A DNA stretch of 63,115 nucleotides, filler included, from Olpidium bornovanus S191 (lineage: Eukaryota; Fungi; Olpidiomycota), in the NCBI GenBank assembly GCA_017911155.1. It is 23 parts of 23 records of this genome, joined end to end, with 100 filler letters (N's around TTAATTAATTAA, not from the genome) between each part and the next. Parts side by side here need not be neighbours in the genome. Positions count along the whole stretch, not along the records: positions 24,497 to 25,519 come from JAEFCI010010778.1; positions 25,620 to 27,934 come from JAEFCI010004843.1; positions 28,035 to 29,087 come from JAEFCI010004528.1; positions 29,188 to 31,625 come from JAEFCI010007356.1; positions 31,726 to 33,982 come from JAEFCI010008265.1; positions 34,083 to 35,663 come from JAEFCI010010595.1; positions 35,764 to 40,306 come from JAEFCI010010108.1; 16 more parts are not named here. The stretch is one strand, 5' to 3'. The position numbers were made by a program, and so were the translations under genes. Shown here in pieces: positions 25,516-37,596 of this stretch; positions within the stretch are counted from its first letter, which is position 1, and every line of letters begins with the position of its first letter. Under the pieces are notes generated by a model. It made no database searches, was not told the DNA's origin, and saw nothing but the letters and a program-made list of their open reading frames with translations.

Positions 25516-27049
25516 GGAANNNNNNNNNNNNNNNNNNNNNNNNNNNNNNNNNNNNNNNNNNNNTTAATTAATTAANNNNNNNNNNNNNNNNNNNNNNNNN
25601 NNNNNNNNNNNNNNNNNNNATTCGCCTTCCCGCGCAAGAGGGTCACCTTGCGTTAGAACCGATTGCACGGTTCCTGCAAGAATTTCCGTCACCCCTCTGT
25701 GAACTTGCCGTTCCCCGTCGCAGTAGCGTCAGGTGACATGACCTTCGTATTTCGCCGTCTTTTTCCTCCTCCAGTCCCCTTCATGAAACAAGCTCTCTGA
25801 TGCCACATTTTTCATCGCTCGGGAATAAGCTTTGTAACGCCACAATTGGTCAGTTCGTCCCTCCCTTTGACTTTTTGCCCGGACCGGCTTCCTCCTTGCC
25901 CTCCTGCGCGAGCTTCTCCCTCCGTCTTCTGTCGTGATAAGCTCCGCGTCTGCCGACCTCCCCCCCCCCCATGACAGTGCCCTTGTCATCCCAGGTGGTG
26001 GCCTCCCTTCCTCCCCGTTCCTCCTCCCAGCACGAGTCCCTGACCGAGCTCGGTGTCCGCCTTCAGGTCCCGAAGCAGACGTCATACTCCCCCTCACTCC
26101 TACTCCGTCATTTCTCCTAGGAGAGCCCCTTGCATCTCCGTCGCTTGGCAGACCCCCCAAATAACGATCGCCGTTCGAGCATCCGCTTGCTTGTAGTCCG
26201 CTGTCGCCGCCCAAATGATCGCTCAAGCGGGCGGGTCGACGCCAGGCACCGCGTCGATGCTCCTTTGCTTTTCCTCCCGTCAAAACCAATTTGCATAATT
26301 ACATTGATTTCTCTCGACTTGCGCAGCCTCATCGATTTTTCCACTCAATCCCTTTTTGTTTTGGTTTTACCCCTTTTTTTTCTTCTTGTTGTTTTCTTGT
26401 CGCTTACGTAAAAATTTCCCGTCCCCAAAAAACCCCCAATGTCGAAATAGAAAAGGAGGAAAGGGTCGAAGTTAAAAGGGTTGCCGTCGGGCCCCTGGTG
26501 CGCGTCGAAGTCGAGGAAAGCTGTCTCGGGTGCTCTCTCTGTGCCGTCGGGCCAGGAGCAGAGCGTCTGCCTGCGCGTCGACTCCGCGATCATCTGCTGT
26601 GTCTCTGTGGGAGCGTCTTGCTTCCCCTCCGTTCCGTCTTCTCCCCTTCCGCGCCTTCCCCTTTTCGAAAGCACAAGGCCCCGGCGGGCGCGGGTCCGCT
26701 ACCTGCCATCCTATCCCCTTTCCTGTTGACTCGTCCCCACTCTCTATATCCTCGACATCGAGGAGGCTTCGGAGACGTTTCGACCCCGACACCGCTCAAT
26801 AAAAAAATCTTCCCGCACTTGTCGCGTCTGCAACGGTTGCCTACATATCCGCAGTTTGTCATGGAATCAGGGCGTCGTAGTTCCAGCATGGCAATCCAGG
26901 CATTGTCAATCTCGATAATTTTAGGAAGTCCCAGCCAAATTCGACACCTCGTTTGGTATTTCACAGCCGGAAACTGAAAACTCATTCTTCTTTCATCCAG
27001 AGGCTCGACTTGACCATCTTTCTCGCCCTCTGATATCATTTCCACGTGC

Positions 27050-27934
27050 GCAATTCCCTCTTCATAGTTTGTTTACTAGACCAATTCCCCCCTTTGCCAA
27101 AAAACCTTCACGCATTTCCCCGGGTAGCGCGTCTTTAGGCGCGTCCTGTCCAATTCCTCCACCACATACGTGGCCGTATCTCGGTAAACCTCTGCAATGC
27201 GATACGGCCAGCTCCACTTCTCTTCAAACTTCCTTTCCGCTCAATGCTGTATCTCGTTCTGCGAGTTGCGGACCAGCACCCAGTCCCCCACACGTAACGA
27301 TACAGATTGTCGCAGCCGCCGCGAGTCGACGTACTCCTTGGTCTTGTCCCGAACACGCCGCGTTTCCTCCACCACCGCCTTGCAGATATCTGACGCTCGT
27401 CGTTCCAACTGCCTTATTCGTAACGCCAGAAGCTCCTCGGTGGAAATTCCATCTGCCGACGGCAATACGGCCCACGTCACGACATCCGATTCCACAGGCA
27501 AAACCATCGGCAATCGATTCATCAGTTTAGCCGGCGAAAAGCCCGTCGTCCTCGTCACTGTCGTTTAATCCGCCCACAGTGCAAACAGCAGTTAGTTCAC
27601 CCATTCTTTAACTCGCCCATTGGCCGCTTTCTTAAGAGCCCCCAATAACGTTTGGTGACCACGTTCTGCTTGCCCATTTGCCTCCGGATTATACGCAGAC
27701 GTTAACCTCAAGTCAATATTAAACCGGCAAAGGAACTCATCTGCCTCATTCACGTTTAATTCTCCCCAATCCGCACGGACTCGCGCCAGACATCCGTACC
27801 GACATACGATATATTCAAAAATAAACTTGCATACTGCCGCGGTCTTGTTGGAGGATAATGCTTTCCCTTCGACAAAGTTCGTCAGCCCCTCCCGAGCAAG
27901 TACAAGATACCAATAATTCCCGACTCGGGGCATG
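27050..27934 (-). mobile_element. Degenerate Ty3/gypsy integrase (core plus GPY/F region)
   Basis: WYLVLAREGLTNFVEGKAL...RVRADWGE...SAYNPEANGQAERGHQTL, TTGFSPAKL, LRVGDWVLVRN, KFEEKWSWPYRI; in-frame stops. Confidence 0.9.
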
Positions 27935-28416
27935 NNNNNNNNNNNNNNNNNNNNNNNNNNNNNNNNNNNNNNNNNNNNTTAATTAATTAANNNNNNNNNN
28001 NNNNNNNNNNNNNNNNNNNNNNNNNNNNNNNNNNATCTTCGGAGGTGCTTAGCATTAAGTGAATGCCAGCGTTTCGTGGCTTCCCACCGCGGCCTTCCAC
28101 GGCACAACAGCTGTGCTTGAGAGGGTTTTCTGGCGTTCTCGCTAGTTTTGATCATTCGCATCTCTGCCCGTGCGGCAGTTACCGCTCTCTCGCCGTCGGC
28201 GCGCGTGTTTTATCACCCGTGCCCTGCGGCGGCCCCCTCCCCGCCCTCCACCCTCTGCCTCCCCCCCAGGATCGCGTGAACCCCGGGCGGGGGCCAAGGC
28301 GTGGGATTTCCAGAGCAGTCCTGCGGTCGACTTGGAGTGCTTTTTGCCGTTCTCCTGCTTGTGTGCCCAGGCAGGCCGCGCGGGCGGCGGGCGTGGTCGG
28401 CGGAGGGGGTTTGGGC

Positions 28417-28468
<52 letters not shown>

Positions 28469-28886
28469 GGGGGGGGGGGGGGCGAAGGCTGCACGCGCGA
28501 CAGGGCGGTTAGCGCGCAAACGTCGGCGGAGCAGGCGCGAACCTCTCGAGCGCCCTCTTCGTATTTTTTTTTTTGTTTGATTTTTTCGTTTTTCCGTTCT
28601 TTTTCCCCCTCCCCATTGAATCTGGCCGGTTTGCCTCTGTCGATGGGTTCCGACGACGAGAGATGCGTGCGTTGGACAACTCGCACCCGTCCTCTTCGGC
28701 CGAAGTAAGGTGGACGGCGGCGTGAAAGGAACCAGGAGTAACGGAGAGGAGAAGGGGTGGGGCTTGCGTCGCGGGGCCGCGCGAGAAGCGGCGGGAAGGG
28801 GGAAAGGTTGAGACGGCGTGCGGCAGACGGACGCGGCGCCGGCGCAGGCCGCCCGTTCGCAGTAAGATGCGCGCTGGGGAAAAAGG

Positions 28887-28919
<33 letters not shown>

Positions 28920-29888
28920 GGGGGGGGAAGGGCCCTTGGGGGGGGGGGGGTTTGGGGGGGGGGGGGGGGGGCCGGGGGGGGGAAGGGGGGGGGAAGGGGG
29001 GGGACGCGCGCGCCGGCGGCCATGTGGCGCGTGCGCCGGAGGGTGGCGTTACCCGCTGGACGCACACTCTGTCAGGTAAAAAAAAAANNNNNNNNNNNNN
29101 NNNNNNNNNNNNNNNNNNNNNNNNNNNNNNNTTAATTAATTAANNNNNNNNNNNNNNNNNNNNNNNNNNNNNNNNNNNNNNNNNNNNCGCTGGGGGGGAA
29201 AGGGGGCAAGGGGGAAAGCCCTTTGATTGGCGGACTTCGAGGGGGGAAGGGGGGAAGCGCTCTTCGATTGGCGGGCTTCGAGGGGGACTATTCTATTGGT
29301 CGACCCCCGGGTTCGGGGGCCGTCCTGCCCTCGATCCTGCCGCCACTTCCGCCCTTCGACCGCCTCTCGCCTTTTGCCCTGCGCCCTTCGCCCGCCGCCC
29401 CTCGTCCTTTGCTCTGCGCCCTTCGCCCGCCGCCCCTCGCTTGCCGCCCTTCGCCCGCCGTGGCGTCGATCAAAGACGGCGGTTCGAGGGCCGTGCTACA
29501 GCACACGCGAGCTCCCCCCTTTATTCCTCTACGTCTATATAGGAAAAGCTCGCCCGTCGGAGTCCGTCGGGGTCCGTCAGAACCTTCTCAAACCTTCCTC
29601 CCTTTCTGGGTACGCTCGGAGCTTGCCCCTTTCCCCCTTGCCCCCCTTTTAGGGACCGGAGGTTTTCCCCCTTGTCCCGTGCCCCTTGCGCACGGGCCCG
29701 GGGGGTTCAGGGGTGTGCTCCGCCACCCCCTTGGCGGAAACCAGGATTCCGCAGCCGAGATGCTATTCCCACAATTTGCATGCTCCCGTCCGGCATCCGC
29801 ATTGCGCGGTTTTGTCTCCTGCGGCGCTGTTGCTGCGTTCGTCGTCGGTCATTTCTTGGTGGCATCGGGTCACGTGAAAAAATTTCAA

Positions 29889-31060
29889 CACGTAGAAGGC
29901 CAGAAGTGCCTTGACGTTGTGGTTTCCATCCTTGCGAACATACAGACATGGTTCATGCTTGGTCGGCAGGAACTCAATCTTCTGTAATGACTTGCTCAAC
30001 TCGACATTCCATTCATAAGCGGACTGTGTTAAGCCGTAGATCGTTTTGTTTAAGCGCCAGACATGATTCGGGTGCTGTTGATCAATCGCGCCGTCGGGCT
30101 GCTCCATGAAGACGGTGTGGTGAAGTGGTGCCTGTAAATACACAGTTGCAACATCGTATCCGATGAGTATCCATGCATGTGCCGCAGCATACACAATCAT
30201 CAATCGTAACGCAGCATGTGTAGTCACAAGCGCAAATATTTCTTTGTAATCCAGTCCTTCAGTCTGGGTGTATCCACGCACAACAAAGCGTGCCTTGTAT
30301 TTATCGACTGTGCCGTCTGGACGCATTTTTTTCTTGAACACCCACCTTCCCGAACAGAGGCGCATATCTGGTGATCGTTCGACCAATGTATACGTTCCAT
30401 GTATTTTTTTCTTGAACACCCACTTTCCCGAACAGAGGCGCATATCTGGTGATTGTTCGACCAATGTATACGTTCCATGTCGGCAAAGGCTCTGCAACTC
30501 ACTGTTAACAGCTTGCTGCCACTCTACAGCATCAGGCAAACTCAGCGCTTGACAAATTGTTTTTGGTTCAACCGGGTCCAGGTGTATTGAGGAATAAGCG
30601 TTTGCCGGTGTCGGTGTCCCCGTGAGTATGAATGCAGTCGGGATCGGTCGACGCTGTCGATCATAATAATTTCGCAGTAACTGATCACAGGACAAATTCG
30701 AATACGGTTCCCATGAATCGTGTGACGAATCATCCCCCTTCCAGTGGATGAGAATTCCAGGGTGCCATCTTCAACACGATCATCCAAAATGTCCTCTACT
30801 TCGTATTCGGTGGCAATGCTATCATTGACGACTAATGAGTCTGGGATGGTCATTTCTTGCTGATAGTGTGATCCGTCCTTGTACAACCAGTTCTCGTCGA
30901 AACGTACGTTATGCCGTTCGATAATTGATCGGCTGTGAGGAGATATCCTTTGGAGGTCGTAGAGTAACCGACGAGATAGCATATCTGGGCTGCATCAGCT
31001 AGTTTTGATGATCGATCCTCCTTGAGAACATGCACGTTGTAATGATCGGCCTCGATGGGC
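29889..31060 (-). mobile_element. Ty1/copia pol fragment: integrase C-terminal domain, chromodomain, RT
   Basis: RSSKLADAAQICYLVGYSTTSKGY.../IIERHNVRFDE (copia IN tail). Then EYEVEDILDDRVEDGTLEF/IHWKGDDSSHDSWEPYSNLSCDQLLRNYY. Then EPKTICQAL...WQQAVNSELQSL...KYKARFVVRGYTQTEGLDYKEIFA...LNKTIYGLTQSAYEW (RVT_2). Confidence 0.92.
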
Positions 31061-31239
31061 ACGTGACCTGTACTATATAGCCGGTCGGGCCCCCGGGCAC
31101 ACCGAATAGACTCAACCGTCCTTCCTTTTTCGAACGTCTCACTACAAAGTTGGGAATCCGAGGAAGAACCATCCCTCTTCGACCAGCTTCCCTTTCGACC
31201 AGCTCCCTTTCGACCAGCTCTTTCGCTTCGCTCCCCGCT

Positions 31240-31555
31240 GCACCCGCGCTTCTGCGCCTGCGCTTCGCCTCCGCCGTGCCCGCGCTTCGCCTCCGCCGCG
31301 CCCGCGCTTCGCTTCCGTCGCGCCCGCGCTCCGCCTCCGCCGCGCTCGCGCCTCGGCGCCTGCGCTTCGCCTCCGTCGCGCCCGCGCTTTGCCTCCACCG
31401 CGCCCGCGCTTTGCCTTCGCCGCGCCCGCGCTTCGCCTTCGCCGCGCCCGCGCTTCGCCTCCGCCGCGCCCGCGCTTCGCTTCCGTCGCGCCCGCGCTCC
31501 GCCTCCGCCGCGCCCGCGCTCCGCCGCGCCCGCGCTCCGCCGCGCCACCCTTCGC
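31240..31555. repeat. GC-rich 22-bp minisatellite
   Basis: Repeated unit CCCGCGCTTCGCCTCCGCCGCG with variants, next to three short TTTCGACCAGCT repeats at about 31178-31215. Confidence 0.85.
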
Positions 31556-31726
31556 CGCAGCACTCGTTTTTCGCGCTTGCGTTTGTTTGTTTTTGTTTCG
31601 TCGCCGAAACGACGCCCGTTTTTGCNNNNNNNNNNNNNNNNNNNNNNNNNNNNNNNNNNNNNNNNNNNNTTAATTAATTAANNNNNNNNNNNNNNNNNNN
31701 NNNNNNNNNNNNNNNNNNNNNNNNNC

Positions 31727-32380
31727 ATGGGCGGAAGCCTCCGCGTCTCGTCCGCAGTAGGGGCGGGCAGCACATTCTCATTCACGATCCCGTTGGAGGA
31801 GCCGTCGCCGCACGATCTGGAGAGGGACCGCCCTCGTAACCCGTCCGCGCGCGCCACTCCGGTCAGCGACGGCGAGCAGCACGACCGGCGCGCTCCTGGC
31901 GAGAAGTTCCCGATCCGGATCCTGCTGGCAGAGGACAACGCCACCAACGTGAAGGTCGCGACCGCTATGCTGGCGAAGCTGCGCTTTACCGACGTTTCGG
32001 TCGTCGGCAACGGCGAGGAGGCGGTCCGGGCCGTGAGGGAGCGGAATTCCACCGCCGGATACGGCGGCGGGTTGGCGGCCGACGCCGCGACGCAACCTCC
32101 ACCAAGTCCGAAGTCGGGAGGGCGCGTCGACGTCGTGCTTATGGACATGCAGATGCCAATCATGTCCGGCATCACGGCCACGACGATAATCCGAGCGGAC
32201 GCGTCGATCCACCAGCCTATCGTTGTTGCCCTCACGGCAAACGCAATGGAAACAGACAAGCAGAAGTGCCTCGACGCAGGCATGGACGATTTTCTCACGA
32301 AGCCCATCAAGTTGGGGGCGTTGGAGGCGATCATGGAGATGTGTGCGACGAAAGTTCAGGAGCGCGAGAAAGAGACGTGA
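31727..32380 (+). CDS. Hybrid sensor histidine kinase C-terminus (HATPase end plus receiver), 5' partial
   Basis: MGGSLRVSSAVGAGSTFSFTIPL; RILLAEDNATNVKV; VDVVLMDMQMPIMSG; ALTANAM; GMDDFLTKP. Confidence 0.95.
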   Translation: MGGSLRVSSAVGAGSTFSFTIPLEEPSPHDLERDRPRNPSARATPVSDGEQHDRRAPGEKFPIRILLAEDNATNVKVATAMLAKLRFTDVSVVGNGEEAVRAVRERNSTAGYGGGLAADAATQPPPSPKSGGRVDVVLMDMQMPIMSGITATTIIRADASIHQPIVVALTANAMETDKQKCLDAGMDDFLTKPIKLGALEAIMEMCATKVQEREKET

Positions 32381-34324
32381 GAGCCGGACGCTGTACTTTA
32401 CCCATCGGTTCTTATACCCCCTGTTTATTAAATTGTATCCTAGCCTTTGCTGGCCACATTGCCACCCCTTCCCGATACCCGTCTTCTTTTTTCATTGGCC
32501 CTTCTCCCCCACAAAAAATCAAGTTCTCCGCATCGATAAAAGCATGTAAATACCCCTCTGAAAGAGGACCAGCGTTTAAAATAAATGACCGTTCGGGCCG
32601 ATGCTGACGGTAATTTACGGGCCACTAAACGCTTTTACGGGATTTTCAACCACTTCCCATTTAATTGCTACCCCGTTAACCCTTTTTTCTCCGTCAAAAC
32701 GTGTAATCCAATGTTGTAACATGACACCGCCCCCTTTGCCCGTAGCACTGGTCAGCTTTGGCAATATGGCCCTTTTTTCTTGCCAGCCAACTCCAGAAGG
32801 CGGAAGCATGACATAATTTAGGCCGAGGAGGGTTCACCGGGTGTCTCCAAAAAGTAAGGGTGTTCGAACGTGGTGGTGAGTCAGGCGACGAAAGGAGACG
32901 AACCGTGCCGGCGCGCCCGGCCGGGCGAACGCGTGTGCAGCGGCACGTCCGCGCGACCCCTGCCACGAAGTCGAGAAAGGGAAGGCGCCTGCAGGTCTCC
33001 AGCTGGAGACGGATGAGTCTCGGCGAGTCGATGCGCGTTTGGACCCGTCTGCGGCGACCGTCTTCGATCGGAGACCTTCCGCGTTTCGTCCTCGGTGCCG
33101 GCCCGTTTATCCGGCGACCCGACCTCGCTTCGATGTTGCTCACCTCGGCGCCGATTTTATTTCGCGGTTCTCGAGACGCCGCAGGCTTACTCGTCGGCGC
33201 GATCGGAAAATTAGGGGTTCTCGCCCGCGAGACGGCAGAGTCATCCCGGTGCCGGATCCGAACCGCTCGCGGCGTTCGGCGGCGATAAGGTCCCGCGAGG
33301 TCGTCGGACGAGGACTCCGACCGGACACCGAAGGCACCCTCGCACAAATATCAGAACACCTCCCGCGGGCGACAGGATGTGTTCCGAGAACGCGAACACC
33401 CCGCGCAAACGTCCTGACTTCTTTCGGCCGAACACCAAGCGTACCGCGAAATATATATCGAGCACGTTGCGGGAGCATCACGGCGTCCCACGTAAACTAC
33501 GTACTCGTTTCACTCACTTGATCTGGCAGAACGCAAATTCTGCCAATGTACCGGCTCTCAATGCCGCGGACATTTCCTGCTCGCGAAGGGGTAACCGGAA
33601 TTCGGCCTCGCCGAACCCCGGCCGACGACGGAAAGTAACGTCTCCGAACTTGCCCGGAGGAAGTCCGTTGGCGAAAATTCATTTTCCAAAAGGAAAAAAA
33701 AAAAAAAATAAACCAACAAGAAAAGCGATTGGGCCAGAATAGGCTTTTTATTTTATTTTCTCTTTGGCTACGTTAAAAGTTGCTGACGGAACCCGAGCAT
33801 CGTTAATACTCATACGCGCAAGCCCACCTTACTCAAGGACGTTCGCGACTGTACACTGTGGGAAAGAAATGTGTGCACAACACGTGCAACCGCAACAGCT
33901 GCGGTCTCGTCATGAACTCCTGCGCCTCCAGCAACAAGTCATCGAGCGCGGCATCGGCGGAGGGATGAAAGGGGGGGGGGGGNNNNNNNNNNNNNNNNNN
34001 NNNNNNNNNNNNNNNNNNNNNNNNNNTTAATTAATTAANNNNNNNNNNNNNNNNNNNNNNNNNNNNNNNNNNNNNNNNNNNNTCATGGTGAACATTGTAA
34101 TTTACGCCCAAACGTCCTGCGGGAAGAGGGCAGGTGGGCCTTTGTTTTATTTATGTTGGAAAACTCGAACCTGAAACGCGTGGAGAATACCGGACAAGCT
34201 TGGCCTCGCAAAGTTGAACATCAAACAGGAGACAACAGTGCCTCCCTGGCAATTTCCCTGCCGCCGTACCTGCAAAATCGTGAGTAAAGTTCAAAATGAA
34301 AGGCCGGCGCGGCTCAGGAGCCGG

Positions 34325-34400
34325 CATCTCGAAAAGTCCGGTACGTATAGCTGCATCTCGAAAAGTCCGGCATCTCGAAAAAGTCCGGTACGTATAGCTG
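34325..34400. repeat. Short tandem repeat
   Basis: CATCTCGAAAAGTCCGG occurs three times, two copies followed by TACGTATAGCTG. Confidence 0.8.
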
Positions 34401-35000
34401 TAGAGGGCCAGGAGGCTGCGGATGGTGGCCACCAGCGGCCTCCGCAAGACGTTTAAGGAAGCGGGGAGGCGGCCGCGCCGCTGACGCCGCGTGAAGCACT
34501 TCCGCCACCCCCATGCAAAATGTAGAAGCGAGGTTGGACGTGCGTATCCCCTGCTGCCCCCAGCTTGCCGGTGTGTGTACCAATGAACCACGTGATATAC
34601 GAGTACCCGTGCAGCAATATCTGTACCCAGTTAGCCACATCTTTCCGAATATATCCGGTGTCAAAGGGACTGCAGGGGTTTTCCATCAACCCGCACTTCC
34701 GTCCGCCGCAGGTCCTCGTCCGACGTGTCAGTCCCCACACTGTCGTCGTCAGAGTAAAGGACGAGGATCCCCTCGAATACAGCCCGATTTAAGCGGCTAG
34801 CGATTACATTTCTTCCAGTCGTTTTTGGCGCGTTGCGAGAGGTTTTCTCAAGAAAAGTCCCTCCCACGGGCCAAAGTTGCCTGGATTAGCAAAACAATGA
34901 AACTTTCATCATAATATGAATAGTGTTTATATATATATGGTAGAATTACGAGCTCGAATAAAAACGCCACCCGGCGGAATTCCCAAACACAACCGCAAAA

Positions 35001-35663
35001 GGTTATGAGCCCAAGGGCGCCCTGCCCGTGAAAGCTCCCGACGATCTCACCTCCGCTCCCCGCTCCCGAAGAGCGCAACCATCTCTTCCTTTTTCCGAAG
35101 AGCCTTCCTCTACGCTCCCGAAGAGCGCAACCACCTTCTCCTCGCGCTCCCGAAGAGCGCAGCGACCATCCCTGTTCGCGTCCGCCGCTGGGCGTCCGCC
35201 GCCGCGCAACCACCACCCTCCTGCCGCCGCGCGCCCGCTGCCGCGCGCCCACCGACGCGCTCACAGCCGCCGCCGCGGCACCCGTCCTTCATCTCGTGAC
35301 CACCATGACCAGAGACGAAGCTTCCGACACCGCCGCTGCGGCACCCCGAGCCCAGTCTACCGTCTGTACTGGAGCGGAGGTGAGTGCCACTCCGTTGACT
35401 ACGCACCTTTTTGCTGAGGCCTCCTGCGCCGGAGAGAACAAAAAACAAACCAACGCACCGGAAGGTGCAGCAAGGAGAGGCGCCGTCTCTGCGATTGGCA
35501 CTGAGAGTGACCGCGCTGCCATGCTTGAAGCACGGCTAGAGACACTAACCAGAGAACGAGAGGAAGAGAAAAAGGAAGCACGCATGCAGCTTGAAGAGCA
35601 GCGCGTGCATATAAACCAGCTTACCTCCATGTTCCAGCAGTTTTTGTCTGCGCAACAGAAACA
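35001..35663 (+). mobile_element. LTR retrotransposon PBS, repetitive leader and gag N-terminus (truncated)
   Basis: GGTTATGAGCCC at 35001-35012; CTCCCGAAGAGCGCA repeats in the leader. ORF 35296.. contains MLEARLETLTREREEEKKEARMQL, similar to the gag at 3938. Confidence 0.7.
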
Positions 35664-35844
35664 NNNNNNNNNNNNNNNNNNNNNNNNNNNNNNNNNNNNN
35701 NNNNNNNTTAATTAATTAANNNNNNNNNNNNNNNNNNNNNNNNNNNNNNNNNNNNNNNNNNNNCATGAGCGACACTCTGAAGGCGTTCACAGACAAGCAC
35801 CAGGCACCAAAAGTATAATAGAACCTCACACGCAACTCGGCGGC

Positions 35845-35960
35845 TAATTGACTTTTTTCTCTTCCCGTTTTTTCTTTTCTTAATTTTTTTTTTCTCTTCC
35901 CGTTTTTTCTTATTTTTTTTTTTTCTCTTCCCGTTTTTTCTTTTCTTAATTTTTTTTTCC
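35845..35960. repeat. Pyrimidine-rich tandem repeat
   Basis: TTTTTTCTCTTCCCGTTTTTTCT occurs three times. Confidence 0.7.
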
Positions 35961-36787
35961 TGATCCCATCAATGCGCTCCCCCGCGAGCTGCTCCGCGTT
36001 TTCTTAATTGTAAAACTCCCCCACGATTCCCAACCCAGCGTTACCACTGCCAGTGCCCCCCCCCGCCCTCGCCCTCCCGCCGCCCCCCCGGCGGCCCCTT
36101 CATAGTCTGTAAAGCGGATTTACCCACTGGGCGTTAAATACCACTGCTTACCTCGGTGTCGGCTGGCACGCAGCCCGTCGGGTGGGGCTTATGCCCCTTC
36201 TCGGCCGAGTCCTGTGGAGCGCACGAGAGTTCGGCGAGGGAGCTCCAGGAACGGGAAGGAGAGGAGCATCCGGTGAACTCCCCAAAAAAAAAGAAACCAA
36301 AAGAAACTATTTCCTTCATACCTGCCAAAGCAGCCGAAATCGGGCGCTCTCTCGAATCGAGAAAGCAGCGTTTGCAAGCGGGCCGGCCGGCCGGCTTGCT
36401 CAGCACGCGTGAATTTCTCGGTGGAACTGAAATCACGCAAAAACAAAAAGAAAAAAAAATCAAACGACGGGCCGAGAGTTTCTCAACGGCACGCAGCAAC
36501 GATGTTTCGTGCGGGCAGGGCCAAAAGGGGGGGGGGGGGCGGTTTTTTCCCCCGCTCTCACCTGCTCTCTGTGCTTCCTGCTCCCTGCTCTCTCTGCTTC
36601 CTGCTCCCTGCTCTCTGCTCTCTCGCTCTGCCCTCTGCTCTTGGCAGCGGTCCGCGCCCTGAAAGTTCCCGCCCTGAGGAAGGGAGGAAGGGCTCTTTGC
36701 ACTCGCCCCCTTCTCCCTCTTTTTCCCTCCCTTTTTTCCCAAACAAAAGGGGGAAAAACATCCCGCCCCCCCTTTCTCCACCCTCAC

Positions 36788-36820
<33 letters not shown>

Positions 36821-37596
36821 GGCGCGCCGAGGCCTGTGTCCGACCGGCACGGCAGAGGCGTCCTGGAACAGGGCGCCTGCGGGCGAGCTTCCTGAGCGAC
36901 CCGGCCGGCGCGCGGGGGGCGGCGGGGGGAACCTCTCATTAGCCCGAAAGCTGGAGCTGCGGCGACGCGGCGACCTCCTCGGCCGGCGACGACGGCGACC
37001 CACCTGAGCAGGAATTTTCTGCCGAGCGGGCGTGTGCGGAATCCACCTTGCCTATCTCCCTCTCATCCCTCATCTCTCTCATCTCTCTCTTTCTCTCTCT
37101 CTCTCATTTCTTCCGTGTCCTTCGGTCTTCGAGTTTTTGTCCAGGGAGAGGAGCAAACGCGCGCGAAACCCCTGGCCGAAATCGGGTTTCTGCGTTCGGG
37201 CACGCTCGAATGCGGTTGTGTGGCCGCAGAGCAGTGATGCTGATGCAGCGATCCTCCACGTCATCGCAGAACTGCAGGCGGGCTCGCTCGCACTATTTTT
37301 TCTTCCTTTTCTTCTCTCCCCCCCACCCGTCCCAGGCAACCTGTTTTTTTTTTTTTCGTATCTGTCCGGCTTAACGGAGAGCTTAATGACGACACCTGGA
37401 AATGTTTGGATTATAAAAGAGGGGGGCGTAAGATGTAACATGACGGTCTCAAAAGAGTTCGGGTATTCGCGCCGATCGCGGGACAGGTATGGTACAGATA
37501 GACGGTCAGTGACGAGGACGGCAAAGGGTGGGTCGGGCTTTTTAGTAAAAAAAAAAAAAAAAAAAAAAAAGGAAAGGAAAACAAACAAACAAAAAA

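Noticed and set aside
28035-29087. Several Pro/Gly/Lys/Phe-rich ORFs
   Set aside because: They are translations of long G, C, A and T homopolymers with no domain signal.
34325-35170. Short direct repeats as a CRISPR array
   Set aside because: Eukaryotic context, only 3-4 irregular copies, no unique equal-length spacers and no cas genes.
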